This document shows positions 61,417 through 64,000 of a stretch of DNA of 64,000 nucleotides, in pieces. Under the pieces are notes generated by a model, which saw only the letters and a list, made by a program, of their open reading frames with translations, made no database searches and was not told the DNA's origin. Source of the stretch: Christensenellaceae bacterium (GTDB lineage: Bacteria > Bacillota > Clostridia > Christensenellales > CAG-138); contig OY764017.1 of assembly GCA_963667795.1 (NCBI GenBank), positions 790,207 through 854,206 of the forward strand, written 5' to 3'. Position 1 is the stretch's first letter, and every line of letters starts with the position of its first letter. The position numbers and the translations under genes were made by a program.

Positions 61417-62901
61417 TTATGGAGCGACGGCAGTATCGTCGGTCGTTTCTTCCGCCACAGGAAGTTCCATGAGATCCAGCTTCAATCGTGCCGGGTTAAC
61501 AACATTTGCAACGAGCCCATCGCCCGTGCAATCGTTTAACGTAACCTTGTTCGACCGAACAAACAGGTCTCCAATCTGATATGCAGATGAGCCGGTGTCG
61601 CCCTTGCCGGAATTGATCGTCAGTCCGTTGATATGGCAGTTGGTCATTGTAACATTGCTTGCTTCAAGCGCGAGCAATGCTGCCCTCGCGTTAACGCCGT
61701 CGTTCAGGCTCAGCGTGAGCGTTGCGTTTTTAAACGTAAGATCTGTTATTTCGACATCAGTGAGCGTGTTGAACAGCGCAATCGTTTTTTCTTTGTCGTT
61801 ATCAATCTTGCCGCTGTAGGTCGAAAGCTCAATATTCGAAATCGTGTGCCCGTTGCCATAAATCACGCCGCTGTAGTTGTCCGTCATCACGAGCTTCACG
61901 CCGGAAAGGTCGATGTCGCTCTCAATGACATAGCCGTCAATCTTGTTGCCCGAGGCGTCAACATCGAAGAAGCCGTACTTTCCGCCGATCTTCAAATCGC
62001 CAGCGGAATTGACCCGAATGAAGTTGCCGTCGACAAACTGCATGTAGACGATCTTGCCCGCCGTATTGATCAGATAGTTTTCAATGGACGTTTCCACAAG
62101 ATTGTCTTTAGCCTCGCGTAATTCCGCAAGCGCGGCTTCATCCATAGTCGTCAGCTGATAGCCAAGTTTGTTTAAAAATACGTAGGAAGTGTCTGTCGTT
62201 GCCTCCACATCGTCTTCGTCCGGTTCGACATATTCGATCTGTTCGAGGTACTGCGGGAACATCTCATAGAGCACGGCGTAAAGCTCCGCCTGGGACGGTT
62301 GCGGTTCCGAATGTACATAGGAACTGAAATCATACGCCTGGGTGCATTCCGGATCCGAATAATACCCGAACAACGTCGTGTTTGCCGGTTTGCGGAAATC
62401 CACAACCGCATCGGAGAGCTCCTGAACGGGCGAATCGGCCGTAATATTCTTGCTGAAGATGACTTCACCGGTGCTCGCATTGATATACTCGACCTTGCCA
62501 CGCGGCAGCCAGCGGGCATACAGTGTCATGTCATCCTGTACGCGTTCAAGATAAAAATCCCATCGATCAGCGGCGCTAAACGTATAATCTTCGCCGTACT
62601 CGGTGGGTTCATCCGTTTTTGCAGTGTACCAACCGGCGAGGATATATCCGTCCCGTGTCGGTTCGACAAGCATGTTGCTCGAACCGGACGGTTCGAACAC
62701 ATAAGAATTCTCAAGATAATAGGTCTTTCGTATCTCGCGTGCGTTGACCATACCGCCTAAAGCATCATATGTAACCTTGCAATCGTAACCCCATGCTCCC
62801 GGATCGGCCGATTGCCCTGTTTTCCCACAAGCACTGCAAAATACGCTCACAGCTACCAAACAAAAAACAACAGCAACCTTCGTCAGCTTCGCTTTCTTCA
62901 T
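61417..62901 (-). CDS. Lipoprotein with an InlB B-repeat and GLUG-like beta-helix motifs
   Basis: Lipobox-like VFCSAC, then VTYDALGG...EPTRDGYILAGWYT...DDMTLYARW and YVIESDIDLSG...YSGVIYGNGHTISNI. Start ATG 62901. Confidence 0.8.
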   Translation of the reverse strand: MKKAKLTKVAVVFCLVAVSVFCSACGKTGQSADPGAWGYDCKVTYDALGGMVNAREIRKTYYLENSYVFEPSGSSNMLVEPTRDGYILAGWYTAKTDEPTEYGEDYTFSAADRWDFYLERVQDDMTLYARWLPRGKVEYINASTGEVIFSKNITADSPVQELSDAVVDFRKPANTTLFGYYSDPECTQAYDFSSYVHSEPQPSQAELYAVLYEMFPQYLEQIEYVEPDEDDVEATTDTSYVFLNKLGYQLTTMDEAALAELREAKDNLVETSIENYLINTAGKIVYMQFVDGNFIRVNSAGDLKIGGKYGFFDVDASGNKIDGYVIESDIDLSGVKLVMTDNYSGVIYGNGHTISNIELSTYSGKIDNDKEKTIALFNTLTDVEITDLTFKNATLTLSLNDGVNARAALLALEASNVTMTNCHINGLTINSGKGDTGSSAYQIGDLFVRSNKVTLNDCTGDGLVANVVNPARLKLDLMELPVAEETTDDTAVAP

Positions 62902-62990
62902 CACGCCATCCCTTTTCGCCGCAGGAATCAATTTAAATCAACATGCTATCCGGCAATTCCCCGGCAATCTTTGTATACATTGTCGAGATA

Positions 62991-63019
62991 ATTGTAATTC
63001 ATGCAAACTACAGTGTCAA
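62991..63019 (-). promoter_or_regulatory. Near-consensus sigmaA promoter for the lipoprotein (and possibly opp)
   Basis: TTGACA (63014-63019)-N17-TACAAT (62991-62996). Confidence 0.8.
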
Positions 63020-63229
63020 CATTTTAACGCTCATGACTTTCTTCTGTCAAAATTCATTTTTGGACAAAATGCGCAAATATGCATCACGGCAAAGACACAC
63101 ATTCCGCCTATTTTAGATTCATTTTTCCGCATCGTTGCTGGATAAACTGATTTTTTAATTTTTCCTTTAATTATCCGGTAAAAATGCATAAAAGTGTTCC
63201 ATATCGATCAAAATAATATCTTTCACATC

Positions 63230-63259
63230 TTTACAACAAATACCGTAACATGATATATT
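63230..63259 (+). promoter_or_regulatory. Extended -10 promoter for the MFS gene (probable leaderless mRNA)
   Basis: TTTACA-N18-TATATT with TGa extension. The ATG is 7 nt downstream and has no SD. Confidence 0.55.
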
Positions 63260-63266
63260 ACACGTC

Positions 63267-64000
63267 ATGGAAACGGTCAAAAACAAGCTCTGGACTCGTG
63301 ATTTTACCATCATTACACTAGGCACCGTGGTTTCCATGTTCGGCAACGCGGTAGCCGGCTTTGCCATTGGCCTGATGGTGCTCGATTATACCGAGTCAAT
63401 CTTCCTTTACGCGCTGTTTATGGTCTGCTATAGTCTGCCACGCATCGTGCTCCCCATGTTTGCAGGGCCGTTGCTTGACCGATTTTCGAGAAAGCGAATG
63501 ATCTATTCGCTGGACTTTTTTTCTTTTGTTCTTTATTTGATATTCTTTTTCCTGATTGCAAAAGGATTTTTCAATTATATTTCCTATTTGTTGCTCTCAA
63601 TGCTGATCGGTTCGATCGACAGCGTTTACAGCGTCGCTTACGACAGTTTTTATCCCCTGTTAATCAGCGAAGGCAACTATACACGCGCATATTCTATCTC
63701 TAGCCTGATTTATCCGCTGAGCAACGCTATTATGGTTCCAATCGCAGGGATTTGCTATAAAACTATCGGTCTTGCACCAATGTTTTTGTTTAACGCTGCA
63801 ACTTTTTTGATTGCCGCAATCGCTGAAACACAGATTCGCACGCCGGAGACACACACGCAGCTGCGCGGGAATGAGCGTTTTGACAACAAGCGATTTGTTA
63901 CAGATCTAAAGGAAGGTATCCAATATCTAAAACAGGAACGCGGACTGAGCACCATCACAAAGTACTTCTTTGTTACGATGCTGGCCAATTCAGTGCTCAT
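63267..64000 (+). CDS. MFS transporter (DHA3/macrolide-efflux-like), N-terminal part; runs off the window edge
   Basis: Not in the ORF track. My translation METVKNKLWTRDFTIITLGTVVSMFGNAVAGFAIGL...FAGPLLDRFSRKRMIYSLD contains MFS motif A (G-x3-D-R-x-x-R-K). Confidence 0.9.
   Translation, partial: METVKNKLWTRDFTIITLGTVVSMFGNAVAGFAIGLMVLDYTESIFLYALFMVCYSLPRIVLPMFAGPLLDRFSRKRMIYSLDFFSFVLYLIFFFLIAKGFFNYISYLLLSMLIGSIDSVYSVAYDSFYPLLISEGNYTRAYSISSLIYPLSNAIMVPIAGICYKTIGLAPMFLFNAATFLIAAIAETQIRTPETHTQLRGNERFDNKRFVTDLKEGIQYLKQERGLSTITKYFFVTMLANSVL

Noticed and set aside
62946-62970. Direct repeat CCGGCAAT x2 downstream of the lipoprotein promoter
   Set aside because: Two 8-mers only. Too short to separate from chance without a comparative search.

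Overview
Bacterial window from a Clostridia-class Bacillota genome. The placement is inferred from the IspH-RpsA fusion, the sigmaA-type promoters and the r-protein leaders. The left half (1-33.8 kb, minus strand) is dominated by one uninterrupted ~29.7-kb gene for a ~9,900-aa (~1 MDa) Sec-exported, very acidic protein. From N to C it carries: a signal peptide; RTX-like GxGxD turns; a long LktA/FHA-like beta-solenoid studded with about 8 InlB-B-like modules and helical inserts; a Tyr-rich repeat region containing a ~435-aa tandem duplication; five 42-aa repeats; and a ~580-aa Ala-rich coiled coil. It has no recognisable cell-wall anchor. Its last ~250 aa instead include ~190 aa that align by eye with the catalytic core of an IS256/Mutator transposase, which appears inactivated and acidified, and this is the top finding. 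Downstream lie a membrane-anchored TPR protein, an orphan CheR and a 4HB/HAMP/GAF histidine kinase cut by the window edge. The right half is mostly core genome: YoaK, a TetR operon with a clear operator, VanW, GtrA, the rpiR-baiN-cmk-plsC-ispH/rpsA cluster, surE, udk, rpmG-secE-nusG-rplK-rplA-rplJ-rplL, tldD/pmbA, an opp operon, an InlB-B/GLUG lipoprotein and a partial MFS gene. Oddities there include a 5-TM SecE, a NusG insertion, a candidate attenuator before oppA and three probable leaderless genes. No rRNA, tRNA, CRISPR array or intact IS was seen. All calls come from reading motifs by eye; no database search was run.
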